Part shown: in pieces, positions 29,988 through 40,945 of the stretch | Numbering within the stretch: the first letter of the stretch is position 1 | Layout: the number at the start of each line of letters is the position of its first letter | Assembly: GCA_963745075.1 (NCBI GenBank) | Contig: CAVUWV010000032.1 | Span: forward strand, 1 to 64,000 | Source of the DNA: Candidatus Hydrogenedentota bacterium | Lineage (GTDB): Bacteria; Hydrogenedentota; Hydrogenedentia; Hydrogenedentales; SLHB01 | Reading direction: 5' to 3' | Length of the DNA stretch: 64,000 nt | The notes under the pieces: generated by a model | The model's database searches: none | Seen by the model: the letters and a program-made list of their open reading frames with translations, nothing else | What the model was told of the DNA's origin: nothing | Made by a program: the position numbers and the translations under genes

Positions 29988-32822
29988 TTATGACTGAGAT
30001 GCAGGCTGCGCGAAATCCCGGTACTCTTTGCCTCCCGCGCTCCGATACCGTTCGTACGCTTCGGCAGCGGCTTTCGTGTCGCCTTCGGCCGCGCGCAGAT
30101 CGCTCTGGATAAGCGGGAGTTCTTCGGTTCCTTTGAGATAGGGCGCAACTTTTTCATAGTACTGTTGCGCGTTGTCAAGCTCGTTCCAGCGAATGAACAG
30201 CGAGATGCGTTGTACGGCTATATCTTTGAGGTACGACAAAGCCATGTAATCGTGGGGGTCGATGTCCAACGCCTTCAAGAAACGGTCTTCCTGATTGTCC
30301 CCAATAATCGCCCCATAGAGGGCAATCACACCTTCCAACGCGACTTGATGCGATTCATGACGGCGCGTAAGAGCGCTTCGCGCCAAAGCGGCTTCGTCGC
30401 CGGAAACGCCTTCGAAGGAGATCTTGTCCAGAGGGCTTTGGTAATAGGGAAGCAAGGCCTTCAAGCTGTCCGCGACGGTGGATTCATAAATCAGGCGCGG
30501 AGCGACGAACTCCGCCCAGGGCCGGTCGTCGACCATGATCGTTCCACCTTGGCTGAAGGCCTCCATGCTCTTCTGATCCATGAAGAAACAGCAGAGCAAT
30601 TCCGTCACGTCCCCGAGGCCAACCGATTCAAGACGCGGTCCTATGAGCGGGTTGTCGAAGGTCGCTTTCGCATGCGCGTAGTCGATGACAAACGGTTCAT
30701 TGGACCCAACGACGAAGAGATCCGAATTGATGAACCACATACAGTAGTGGGGAAACACGCTCCGGAAGGTATACACCAGCGAACGGACGACCTCGAGGTC
30801 CAGACTGTGCAGGGGAATCCACTGTGAAACAAGACCGCCCGGCGTGAGGTGGTCGAGACACTCGTGGTAGAACTCGCGCGTGTAGAACGTCGAAACGCCG
30901 GCCACCGCCATGGGCATTGGTTCGAAGGTGATGAGATCGTAGTCGTTTCGCGTCGTGAGCAGATAATTTCGTCCGTCGTCCACGATGAAATGGAACTTCG
31001 GGTTGTTCAACACGTCCGCATTGTCCGCCGCAAAGAACGGGGCGGCATCCAGCACATCCTTCGAAATCTCGACCGCGTCGATTCGCTGAAAGTCGGACAG
31101 CCCCAGGGTCCCTGCCGTCACACCGGACCCAAAGCACATGAACAGGGCGTCTTTGGGGTCGCGGTTGAACAGGAGCGGCAACACACCCTCGAACCGGTTC
31201 ATCTCCACGCCTTTTTTGATGGACTGGGTGGCCTGCACCGAATTGATCCACAACACCCGATCGGATTTCGTCAGATTGTCTTTGGGTTCCGTTACGACAA
31301 CGGTGCCCTCGACGCCCTCCTTGTAGTGAATGATTTTGTGGTCTTCCGGCACGTATCGCTTGTTAAGCGCGTACGCGGCGTCCTGGGGCATCACCCGCCA
31401 GACCAGCACAAGACCAACCGCACCGAGCACCAACAAAACTACCTTGCCCGCCCATCGCCGGGTAGGACATACCAGGATGAGCACCGCGCCGGTAGCCGCG
31501 AGCACCAGGCCCAGTACAACGATCCCTTCGTGCGCGCCCAGCCGGGGCAGTACCCAATAGCCGCCCGCCAATGCGCCGATTACGCCGGCAAACGTATTCA
31601 CGGCATACAACCGGCCCACGTCCCGCCCGAGATGGGAGGGGATTTGCGTGACGGCGCGAACCGCGAACGGAAAAGCCAGTCCGAAGAAAAACGTCGGGAC
31701 GAACAGGACCGAAAACGAAAGGATGAACTGTATTTGCACGATACGGTCGAAGGTGTACCCGCCCGTCTTGCTGAGTTCTACGAAGCGATCCGGCATACCC
31801 GCAAAAGCGACGAGCAGATAAAGACAGGCAAGCCCCGCCAGCACCTGGATCGCGCCGAACCAGGAAACCAGGTGTTTTCGGCGATCCGCGATCCACGACG
31901 CCACGAAACTGCCCATTGCGATTCCGCACAGCAGCGACGTGAGCATGGTCGTGTAGGCGTAAGTCGTTCCCGTGAACACGATGGCGAGCATGCGGGTCCA
32001 CAACACCTCGAGGGCCAGCGCGCAGAATCCGGATAGCGCGAACGCAATGAACACCGCCGCGATTGCTATGGAATGGGATTCGTCGCTTTGGGTGGAGGGC
32101 GCCGGGCTTTCCCCGCTCGAAGCGTTCGCCTCGCGCGTCGTCAACACCCGTCCGGCGAGGAGAATCGCGATCACACCGACTGCGAGATTTGCCCCCGCAC
32201 CTATCAGCGTCGTGCGGGTATATCCGTAGTGCTCGATGAAATAGAACCCCGTCACGGCACAGCCCGTGACGGCGCCAAAGGTGTTGACGCCGTACAGCAA
32301 TCCGATGCGAAGACCACGCCCGCGACCGCCACGGACTACGGCCCTGGCCAAGAGGGGCAACGTCGTTCCCATCAACGTGACGGGCACAATAAGAAAGCCA
32401 GCCGCGAGGATCCCGCGCAGCAGGATGCCTAAATCCCGCGAAGACGTGGTCGCGCGGAGAATCGCCACGACAACCGATTCGCCCCATCCGACAAAAAAGA
32501 TGAACAGCACCGCCCAGATACCGACGAGGATCTCGAACGCGCCGTACCACAGCAATGGACGCCGAACCCGATCCGCGATGCGCCCCCCCCAAAGACTGCC
32601 GATACCGAGGCCGAGAAAGAAGATCGAAAGTACCGTGCTGACTGCGTACGAAGTCGTACCGAAAAGAAGCACGAGGCTCCGCGTCCACACCACCTGATAA
32701 AGCAATCCACAGGCGCCGGATACCAGAAAGAACAGCAGCACCGCCAAAAACACAAGCAGATTCATACGACTACTTTGGGTCACTGTTTCGGGGCCGTTGG
32801 GGTTGGGACTGGCCGAACTCAT
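29988..32822 (-). CDS. Fused MFS-like membrane domain / spermidine synthase-like protein
   Basis: SGACGLLYQVVW, repeated LYxxNTxG TM motifs, then FGSGVTAG, VEIS, DDGRNYL and FYTREFY. Start is uncertain. Confidence 0.85.
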   Translation of the reverse strand: MSSASPNPNGPETVTQSSRMNLLVFLAVLLFFLVSGACGLLYQVVWTRSLVLLFGTTSYAVSTVLSIFFLGLGIGSLWGGRIADRVRRPLLWYGAFEILVGIWAVLFIFFVGWGESVVVAILRATTSSRDLGILLRGILAAGFLIVPVTLMGTTLPLLARAVVRGGRGRGLRIGLLYGVNTFGAVTGCAVTGFYFIEHYGYTRTTLIGAGANLAVGVIAILLAGRVLTTREANASSGESPAPSTQSDESHSIAIAAVFIAFALSGFCALALEVLWTRMLAIVFTGTTYAYTTMLTSLLCGIAMGSFVASWIADRRKHLVSWFGAIQVLAGLACLYLLVAFAGMPDRFVELSKTGGYTFDRIVQIQFILSFSVLFVPTFFFGLAFPFAVRAVTQIPSHLGRDVGRLYAVNTFAGVIGALAGGYWVLPRLGAHEGIVVLGLVLAATGAVLILVCPTRRWAGKVVLLVLGAVGLVLVWRVMPQDAAYALNKRYVPEDHKIIHYKEGVEGTVVVTEPKDNLTKSDRVLWINSVQATQSIKKGVEMNRFEGVLPLLFNRDPKDALFMCFGSGVTAGTLGLSDFQRIDAVEISKDVLDAAPFFAADNADVLNNPKFHFIVDDGRNYLLTTRNDYDLITFEPMPMAVAGVSTFYTREFYHECLDHLTPGGLVSQWIPLHSLDLEVVRSLVYTFRSVFPHYCMWFINSDLFVVGSNEPFVIDYAHAKATFDNPLIGPRLESVGLGDVTELLCCFFMDQKSMEAFSQGGTIMVDDRPWAEFVAPRLIYESTVADSLKALLPYYQSPLDKISFEGVSGDEAALARSALTRRHESHQVALEGVIALYGAIIGDNQEDRFLKALDIDPHDYMALSYLKDIAVQRISLFIRWNELDNAQQYYEKVAPYLKGTEELPLIQSDLRAAEGDTKAAAEAYERYRSAGGKEYRDFAQPASQS

Positions 32823-33037
32823 GAGGGGAATCGAACGCCTTTCCTGACTCGCTACCAAATTCCTTTTCAAACCCGGCCGACGCGGGCATTCCCGCTCGAA
32901 GGCACATTGAAGCCGGGCAGCGGCACGCCGGGGCGAGGAACGGATGGTACCCGAGCAATGCGGATTCTGTCAAAGCATCTTGCCGCCCTCGGTAGAACTG
33001 GTCCAAACGGACCGATGCCATTCGAGCCGCGGGTCCA

Positions 33038-33766
33038 TCATGAACTCGCCAGGTCGGTTAATTGCTCTTTCGCAGGACGGCAGTTCGGATTGTCCTTCAG
33101 CGCCTGCTCCCAATCCGCGCGGGCGTTGTCGAATTCACCGGCTTTTTTGTACGCGAGTCCACGCAGGCATCGGGCGGTCTCGAGATTCGGATCCAGTTCG
33201 AGGGCCTTTGACAACAAGGCAATCGCTTTCACGGGGTCGCCGCCTTCGTTGGATTTCGCGAATACGTACGGCTTTGCTCGGGACACGTATGCTTTCGCAT
33301 TGGCGGGATTGAGTTCGACGGCCTTTGCTGCCGCCGCTTCCATATCCTTCCGGTACTTCTTGGCGCGGTAGTCGCTCCGAATCATAACCGCCAACAGATC
33401 CGCTTTAAGCCGGTACGTTTCCGAATCGGGCTCCAGGGACGCGAGCGCGTGCAACCCCGCGTTTGCCGCTTCGTCAATATCGTTGCCAAGGGGGCGGCGG
33501 TCGGCGATGTCCGACTCCGGGATGTTTTCCCAGTCGAAACGCTCCAACTCGGCAACCAACAACGCGGCTTGTGCTACGAGCAGCGTCGCGTCACGTGTAG
33601 GGTTGACCGTCGCCGCGCCCCGCGCGTCTTCAAGGGCTTGTTTTGCCGCATCCATATCATAGTCGTGCTGCGCAGCGGCCATCTGTGCGGCGATCCTGTT
33701 CTCGGCACGCGCCGAGACGGTAACCACCAAAACCGCAAGAACCGCAAAGGCGTGTCGCGTCCGCAT
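33038..33766 (-). CDS. Secreted TPR protein
   Basis: Signal peptide; TPR motifs KAVELNP, KALELDP and QALKDNP. Confidence 0.75.
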   Translation of the reverse strand: MRTRHAFAVLAVLVVTVSARAENRIAAQMAAAQHDYDMDAAKQALEDARGAATVNPTRDATLLVAQAALLVAELERFDWENIPESDIADRRPLGNDIDEAANAGLHALASLEPDSETYRLKADLLAVMIRSDYRAKKYRKDMEAAAAKAVELNPANAKAYVSRAKPYVFAKSNEGGDPVKAIALLSKALELDPNLETARCLRGLAYKKAGEFDNARADWEQALKDNPNCRPAKEQLTDLASS

Positions 33767-33802
33767 AGCTACTCCTTTCGAGATATCCTCGAAGGGTCAA
33801 CG

Positions 33803-36021
33803 TTACTCGATGGCCCCATTCTTCCCATGGCCGTTCCGTAACACCAGAATCGAGGGCGTCAGGACAAGGTCTGCAGCCAAAGCGACCAACAGCGCGATGA
33901 CCGAGAGAAATCCGAAGTAGCGTATCGGCACAAAGCCCGACCCCCACAAGGTTGCAAAGCCGATGCACGCGGTCAACGTGCTGTAGATCATCGCAGGCCC
34001 CACTTCTTCGAGTACTTTTCCAACGGCAGCGTGGGCGCCGACGGATTCCGCCCCTTGACGGCGGTAGGCGGCCAATAGATGGACCGTGTTGTCGACCGAT
34101 ATGCCGAGCGCCACGCCTGCGACCAACACCGTTCCCGCGTCAAGGGGAATGTGCAGCACCGGCATCAACGCAAAAACCGCCAGGGTCGGCGTGATATTGG
34201 GCGGAATGGACAACAGCATCAGCGAAAACGACCGCAACCCGATTCCGATGATCAGAAACACAACCACGAACGCAAAGGCGAAGCTTTTTACTTGCGTAAA
34301 TACCAGATCGACTTGGGCGTTGTTCAGCAGATAGACAATCCCCGTAAGATGCCCGTGGAGCCCATCGGGCAATCGGTCGAGCAGGGCTTGAACGCGGCGC
34401 TGGATCGTGAAATACCGCCCCGCGTCCATCACGTTCGGCAGGATCGACAAACGCACCTCTTTGCCGTCGGCTGACACGAGCTTGGCGAGTTCCCTCGGCC
34501 GGTGTCGTCGAGGCCGGCCAGCAGGGCATCGGCCGATTCCCGCGAATCGGGGAGAACGTACGCGGCGGGCTCGAGATTGTGGTCCCACTGGTTGGCTTTC
34601 TTCAGCAGGTCCAACGGCGAAAGCACCCGCGCCACGTAGGGCGAACGTTCCACGTCCCGAACCATCGCGTCGAGCGCCGGCCAGTACCGGGGCGACAACC
34701 ACCCGTCCGGACAGTCCACGACCACCTCCAACGAATAGAGGCCGGTCAGGTGTTTACTCACGAAGTTGTAGGATGCAACCTTCGGCGCATCATCGGGCAG
34801 AAATGCCAGGGGATTCGGCTCGGCTTGAATGCGGAACACACTGAATAGCCCCGCGGACATGATGACCAGAAACGCAATCACGGCGACCCATGGATGCCGT
34901 TCGCTGGCCCCTTCCGCGCGTCGCAGCAACGGCAGCCAGACGGACCGGGCGGAGCGGCGGGGGGGTACGCGCAGTATCGGAAGCATGACGGGGACCAGCG
35001 TAAAATTCACAATGAGCGCCAGAACGAGCCCCACCGCCGCAAACCATCCCATCTCGCGGATCGGCGGCATCGTGGAAAGCGTCAGGGACAAGAAGCCCGC
35101 CGCCGTCGTCACCGCCGACAACACGCACGGCAACGCAGTCTCGCGCAACGCGCGCGCCATGGCGCCCACGAAACCTTCCGTCTCGGCACGATGATACTGG
35201 TAGCGCGTGATGATGTGGACGCTGTGCGACAACGACAACACCCACAACAGCGGCGGCAGAACCGCGCTGACCATGGTCAGCGGACGATCCATCCAGGCGA
35301 TGAACCCCATCGGCAAAACGACGCTCAGTGCTCCGCAAATTGCCGCGACCAGGGTGGCGCGCCCCGAACGCAGCAACAGAACCAGCACCACGATACAACT
35401 GCCAAACGCGATAGGCATCGCTCGGCTGGTCTCGCGCTCCGATACGTCGTCGATCGCTACGTTCAGCGCCGGCGGACCGACATAGTCCAAGCGGAATCCG
35501 TATTCCGCCAGCGGTTTCGCGGCCGCCTCCACGTTCGCCATGACCGTGCGCCACTGCGACGATTTGAGGTCGGGATCGAATTCCAGAAGCACACCCGCAA
35601 CCTTACAATCTTTGGAGATAAAGAGTCCTTGGTAGAAGGGGGTCGACGTGAATTCCTCTTTGAGTGCTTCCGGGTCTTCGGCCCCGAAGAGGTCGCGGTA
35701 CACCGAGGGGATTCCGGTAACCCGCTTGACGTGCGGAACCGCTTCGAGATTGGTAAGGGCCGCCAGCATAGCGTCGAGCGCCTTCGGCTCGAATAACGGT
35801 TTGCCGGATAGCGCGATGACGACGAATTCGTCTTCGCCGAACGTGTCGAGAAAATGCTGATAGTCCCGCGTTCCGGGGCTGTCGGGATTCAGCCAGCGCT
35901 CGATGGCATTGTCGGTCCGGAGATGGGTGGCCTGAAACGCCGCAACGACTCCCAGTGCAACGACCAGAATCGCCCCGGCCCGTAGCACCTCGTTCCAGCG
36001 CTTGGCGACAAGAGAACTCAT
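33803..36021 (-). pseudogene. MMPL/RND family transporter, frameshifted near 34493
   Basis: Two overlapping ORFs encode the two halves (TTAAGFLSL; GISVDNTVH, GFATL). The junction GGC CGA GG GAA CTC lacks one base. Confidence 0.8.
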
Positions 36022-36154
36022 GGCCTGACACAATCCAGGCAAGCCATATTGAATCTTGTACTTATGGACTTATTGTCACGACTGAGCATACAAACTTCGA
36101 TGCACTGTCTCGAAAGATTGTTGAAAGTACTACCGCCGGAGAGCGGTTGGTAAA

Positions 36155-36937
36155 CTACTCTAAGAATTCAAGATTGGTGCCTAAATATTTCAGTCCCGTC
36201 TCCTTGATGGCGGAATCGGGCACCCGCTCGAGGGGACTGTACCCGGGATGGCCGGATTTACCGAAGGGACTGTTACGACGGGCGTTATAACAGCAAATAA
36301 GCGCCCAGCGAGGGTCGGGCGAGGTGTTCTGCTCGGACTTGTGCAACAAATTACAGTGGAAGAACAGGGCATCACCGGGGTCCATTTCGCAATGGACGAT
36401 GGGCATGATCTTCTCGGCCTCGGCGCACCGCACCGGGTCGGCGCCCGTCTGGTCCGCCACCTTCATATGGTCGATGCGCCCGAGGAGATGAGACCCCTTG
36501 AGCACCTGAAGGCAGCCGTTGGCTTTGGTCGCCTTATCGACTGCAATATAACAACTTAGCAGCAACGGAAAGAGACACGTGTCGTTGTACCAGTACCCAT
36601 AGTCCTGGTGCCAGATCCAGGCGCCGCCTACAAAAGGCTCCTTCTGCATCATCTTGGAGTGCCAATGGTAGACCTCGCCGCCGAGGATCCGTTCCGCCGC
36701 GTTCACGATGCGTTCACACCGCGAATACATGCTCAAAATACTGTCGTCAGCCTCGTTCCAGAGCGTGATACGGCTCTTCCCGCCCGATCCGTCGTCGCGG
36801 TCTCGGGCCTTTCCGGTGATGGCGGGATCGTGACGCGCCGCGTGTCGCAGCAGGTTGGTCTCCTCGGTATCAAAGAGCCCTTTCGCCAGGTAATAGCCGT
36901 CTTCGTGAAACTGGGTAAGTTGTGCGTCCGTTAACAT
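36155..36937 (-). CDS. Phytanoyl-CoA dioxygenase (PhyH) family Fe/2OG enzyme
   Basis: WHQDYGYW, NGCLQVLKGSH, GDALFFH, LLHKS and R motifs. Confidence 0.88.
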   Translation of the reverse strand: MLTDAQLTQFHEDGYYLAKGLFDTEETNLLRHAARHDPAITGKARDRDDGSGGKSRITLWNEADDSILSMYSRCERIVNAAERILGGEVYHWHSKMMQKEPFVGGAWIWHQDYGYWYNDTCLFPLLLSCYIAVDKATKANGCLQVLKGSHLLGRIDHMKVADQTGADPVRCAEAEKIMPIVHCEMDPGDALFFHCNLLHKSEQNTSPDPRWALICCYNARRNSPFGKSGHPGYSPLERVPDSAIKETGLKYLGTNLEFLE

Positions 36938-37212
36938 GTCCGGTGACCGTCCTCGAATGCGTCTGGAATCCGTTAAAACCCCCGGCCGCCAGCTAATACG
37001 GTCCGAGGCGCAAAACCCGATGATACCACGAAGTCGGCGAATCCCGTAAGCGGTTCGACCCTCGCAATGCGTTTGCGCCGGTTACGCCCGGCTGTGCTAT
37101 GCTGGAAATCCGTTTCTCCATGTGCCGGAACGGTACACGTGAGCAACCCTTAAAGACGATCGCGCGTGGGCGTGCGTGACTTGGTTTTAACCCACAGTTT
37201 CAGGAGGGAGCT

Positions 37213-38478
37213 ATGAGCGACGAGAAGAAGTCTGGAATGACACGCAGGGATTTCGCGAAGGCCTCGGCAGCGGGTGTGGCCGGCTTCGCGATCCTGAATT
37301 CAGGAAGTCGCGCCTATGCAGCCAACGAGCGGTATCGCTATGGCTTGCTGGGCTGTGGCGGACGCGGCACGGGGGCGGCCACCCAGCACATGCTGGGGAA
37401 CGACAACGTGGAAATGGTCGCCATGGCGGATATCTTCCAGGATCGCCTGGATTCGTCCCGCGGGCGAATCGGAGATAACAAGGATGAGCGCGTCGCAAAC
37501 CAGTTCAAGGTTAAGGACGACATGTGTTTCGTGGGTCCGGACGCGTACAAACGATTCCTCGATACCGATATCGACCTGATCATCGAAGGTACGCTGCCGT
37601 ACAGCCGGCCTAAGCATGTGGAAGCCGCCGTGGAAGCGGGCAAACACGTGTTCACCGAGAAACCGGCCGCCGTGGATCCCACCGGCATCCGCCGGTTCAT
37701 CGCCGCGGCGGAAAAGGCCAAGGAAAAGAATCTCTGTCTCGTGGCCGGTACCCAGCGCCGCCATCAGTTGAACTATCAAGAAACCATCAAGAAACTGCAC
37801 GATGGCGCCATCGGCGATATCAAATCCATGCGCGTTTACTGGTGCGGAAGCCTGCCCTTCGTCAAAGAGCGCGCCCCGGACTGGAGCGAACTCGAATACC
37901 GCATCCGCAACTGGTACGCCTACTGCTGGACCTGCGGCGACAACATCGTCGAGCAGCACGTGCACAACCTCGACGTCGCCTGCTGGACGTTGCAAGCTCA
38001 TCCGGTCAGCGTATTCGCATCGGGCGGCCGCGCCTGGAAACCGTTCGAGGATATGTATGGAAACCTGTGGGACCACTTCTCCTGCGATTTCGAGTTTCCA
38101 AACAACGTCCACGTCACGAGCATGTGCCGTCACTGGGGTAAAGCTGATGGTGGCGTCTTCGAGGAAGCCTTCGGTACCAACGGTTCCAGTAAGTGCAACG
38201 ACATGATGGACAGCCCGGCCGAGAACATGATCGACCCCTACATCCAGGAGCACACCGATCTCGGCAACGCAGTACGCGGCAACGACCCTTACATCAACGA
38301 AGGCGTTCAGGTCGCCCACAGCACCATGACCGCGATCATGGGCCGCATGTCGGCGTACACCGGCAAGGCCCTCACCTGGGACGAAGCGATCAACTCCGAC
38401 CTCCACATCACGCCGCCGGACGAACTCGACTTCACCCAACCGTTCCCCGTAGCGCCGATCCCGCGCCCGGGCGTGTAA
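37213..38478 (+). CDS. Tat-exported Gfo/Idh/MocA oxidoreductase
   Basis: TRRDF, GCGGRG, GKHVFTEKP and EQHVHNLD motifs; GGAGG RBS. Confidence 0.9.
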   Translation: MSDEKKSGMTRRDFAKASAAGVAGFAILNSGSRAYAANERYRYGLLGCGGRGTGAATQHMLGNDNVEMVAMADIFQDRLDSSRGRIGDNKDERVANQFKVKDDMCFVGPDAYKRFLDTDIDLIIEGTLPYSRPKHVEAAVEAGKHVFTEKPAAVDPTGIRRFIAAAEKAKEKNLCLVAGTQRRHQLNYQETIKKLHDGAIGDIKSMRVYWCGSLPFVKERAPDWSELEYRIRNWYAYCWTCGDNIVEQHVHNLDVACWTLQAHPVSVFASGGRAWKPFEDMYGNLWDHFSCDFEFPNNVHVTSMCRHWGKADGGVFEEAFGTNGSSKCNDMMDSPAENMIDPYIQEHTDLGNAVRGNDPYINEGVQVAHSTMTAIMGRMSAYTGKALTWDEAINSDLHITPPDELDFTQPFPVAPIPRPGV

Positions 38479-38494
38479 TCCGTTTCACAGGTTC

Positions 38495-38530
38495 CCGCCC
38501 GGCAGGAACGGCTTCCTGCCGGGCGGTTTC
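38495..38530 (+). terminator. Stable intergenic hairpin (terminator or mRNA stabiliser)
   Basis: CCGCCCGGCAGGAA-CGGC-TTCCTGCCGGGCGG, a perfect 14-bp stem followed by TTT. Confidence 0.65.
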
Positions 38531-38559
38531 AGTTCGGTGAGTCGGCAAGGAGAACTCGA

Positions 38560-39435
38560 ATGAATCGACGCAACTTTCTGGCTTCTTCGGCGGCCATGAT
38601 TGGCGCAGCAGCCGCTGCCAAGGCGAAGGCGCAAGCGCCCAAACCTGCCGGTCCATTCGCGGAGGTGCCGCTGACAATGTCGGTCCAACCCCAGTTCTTC
38701 CCCGGCACCATCGACGAACAACTGGAAGCGGTGGCCTCATGGGGATTCCCGGCGTACGAGTGGCATAACCCGGAAGGCGATCTCGTCGCGCTGCGACGCA
38801 AAGCCGACAGCCTCGGGCTCGGACTCAGTTGCATCCGGGGCTGCGGACAAATCAAACCGGGCTACATGATGGACCCGGACCAGCACGACGCGGTGGTGGA
38901 AGAATTCACGGAGCGCGTCGAAATCGCCAAACAACTCGGCACGCGGCAGTTGATTGGTCTCACCGGCAATGCGCGTATGGATCTTTCCTACAACCAACAG
39001 GTCGATCTTGTGATCACCTGCCTGAAACGTCTCGCTCCCGTCGCGGAGGACAACGACGTCGTAATCATCATGGAAGCCTTGAACCCCATCGTCGATCACA
39101 AAGGGTTTTTCCTAACGCGAACGGATCAGACCATGATGATCCTGGACGCCGTCGGCAGTCCCAACATCAAAATGCTGTTCGACATCTATCACCAACAGAT
39201 CACCGAAGGGAACGTCATCCGCAATATCCGCAATCACGTCGACCACATCGGCCTCTTCCACTTTGCTGACGATCCCGGTCGAAAGGAACCCGGTACGGGC
39301 GAATTGAACTACACCAACATCTTCAAAGCAATCCACGATACCGGCTACACGGGTTACGTCGCGCTGGAACACGGAAAGACCGGCACCGTCGAGGAGGCAC
39401 TCAAAGCAGACTTGGCGTGTCTTGATTGGACGTAA
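38560..39435 (+). CDS. Tat-exported hydroxypyruvate isomerase-like / xylose isomerase-like TIM barrel
   Basis: NRRNFL, MEALN, FDIYHQQITEG and GRKEPGTGELNY motifs. Confidence 0.85.
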   Translation: MNRRNFLASSAAMIGAAAAAKAKAQAPKPAGPFAEVPLTMSVQPQFFPGTIDEQLEAVASWGFPAYEWHNPEGDLVALRRKADSLGLGLSCIRGCGQIKPGYMMDPDQHDAVVEEFTERVEIAKQLGTRQLIGLTGNARMDLSYNQQVDLVITCLKRLAPVAEDNDVVIIMEALNPIVDHKGFFLTRTDQTMMILDAVGSPNIKMLFDIYHQQITEGNVIRNIRNHVDHIGLFHFADDPGRKEPGTGELNYTNIFKAIHDTGYTGYVALEHGKTGTVEEALKADLACLDWT

Positions 39436-39457
39436 GGAGTGATGGCAAGTCAGAGGG

Positions 39458-40765
39458 CTATCTGCCCTTCAACTTCTTTGTCTTTTTCGGGTCCAGCTCG
39501 CCCTGTTCCTTCAGGTAACCAACCACGCCAGGAGAAATGCCGCTTTTCTCCAGGGCCGCAACCACGTTTTGCACCGGCGCGCCCGCATGTGCCGCGATGA
39601 TTTTTCGAATGGAATCCCGGTCGCGTTCGATAAGTTTCCCTATAAGCTTTCGCCGGAGTTCGGCTGCGTGTTCGAGGGAACGCGACAGGCCCCGCATCCT
39701 GTTCCGCACCCGTTGTTTCGCGGTTTCGTCCAGATCCGGATTCCGCAAGCGTTCCTGCAACGCGGCCCGCGCTTGCGTGGCGTTCCGGTAGATCGCGCGC
39801 ACCATATCGAAGGCGGCGTCGAAATCGCCACAGCGAATCATAACGTCAATGATTAACGAAATGGCGTTCAAATACGTTTGAGCATCATCGAATATAGGAT
39901 CGCGCGAAATCGCCTTATCCAAGTACCGCACCGCCATCCGCATGGCCTCCACTTCGTCGGTCGGCACGGTGGACCACATCCCTTTGAGCCTCGCCAGGAA
40001 CTCTTGCAACGCTTCCGTCCCGTTTCCCGTGCTCGCGGGTGAAACGCCATCCTTGCACAATACCTTCAGGCGGTATAATTCCGTTGAAAGGGTTTCGAGG
40101 AGTTTTTCCACATTGTCCCGGTGTTTCCGGATGAGATTCTTTCCCCCTTCAAGCTGGGAAAGAAGCGCCTGATTCGTCCTCTGCCAACCTTGCATCACCT
40201 GATGCAGGCGGCCTTCGAATTCGGTGACGGCTTCCAAGGCGTCACGCCGCACCGGATCCTTGATTTCCCCCCCTTCCGCGGGGCCCTGCTCGCGAAACAG
40301 CCAAGCGATACGCAGCGCCAACCGGCCAATCTTGAGATTGTCCCGTGTGTCTTCCGGAAGCAGGAGTTGAATATACGCCGCAATATAGTGCAACGCGAGG
40401 GCACTGTCGGAATCGATATTCGAATAATCGACTCGCTGCGCGAGAAATGCGAGGAGCGCTTTCTCCTTATCCGGTAGACGCCGAACGGTGCGTTCGACCA
40501 GTGGACTGAACTCACTTTCTCCCCGGTCCCTGTAGTCGGTTGTGACATCCGTGAAGTAACAGTGGGGGCAGTGGTACAGGTAGTAGTGGGGCGGATGAAC
40601 CGGCCGGGCCCGTTCGTTCAGCCACTTGTAGTGCAGCACGTGCCCGTCGGACTCGCGCTCGGATTCGAGGTACAGCCGCAGACGAAAATGCGGTTGCTGG
40701 TGTTCTTCACCACAGATCGGACAATGTACAGGCCGGTAGATAAACGGCGATGTGCCGTCAGTCAT
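39458..40765 (-). CDS. DUF2225-like zinc-binding helical protein
   Basis: CPIC...PPHYYLYHCPHCYF and LRIAWLFRE motifs. Confidence 0.65.
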   Translation of the reverse strand: MTDGTSPFIYRPVHCPICGEEHQQPHFRLRLYLESERESDGHVLHYKWLNERARPVHPPHYYLYHCPHCYFTDVTTDYRDRGESEFSPLVERTVRRLPDKEKALLAFLAQRVDYSNIDSDSALALHYIAAYIQLLLPEDTRDNLKIGRLALRIAWLFREQGPAEGGEIKDPVRRDALEAVTEFEGRLHQVMQGWQRTNQALLSQLEGGKNLIRKHRDNVEKLLETLSTELYRLKVLCKDGVSPASTGNGTEALQEFLARLKGMWSTVPTDEVEAMRMAVRYLDKAISRDPIFDDAQTYLNAISLIIDVMIRCGDFDAAFDMVRAIYRNATQARAALQERLRNPDLDETAKQRVRNRMRGLSRSLEHAAELRRKLIGKLIERDRDSIRKIIAAHAGAPVQNVVAALEKSGISPGVVGYLKEQGELDPKKTKKLKGR

Positions 40766-40945
40766 AATCGCGCATCCATATGTTCTTGCAAGTCACGTCG
40801 GGGAACCGTTGTGTAATCCCCCGTAGCCGACACCCAATCGGCCTTGCATACCAAGTATACCAATATCCAGAGACTTCGATAGACTGAAGAATCGCTGAAG
40901 GCCCTGGGGCCACCCCCGTCGCGCGACTACCGATCCCGATCGAAG

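Noticed and set aside
37030..37075. tRNA-like GGTTCGA motif
   Set aside because: No cloverleaf or acceptor stem can be formed.
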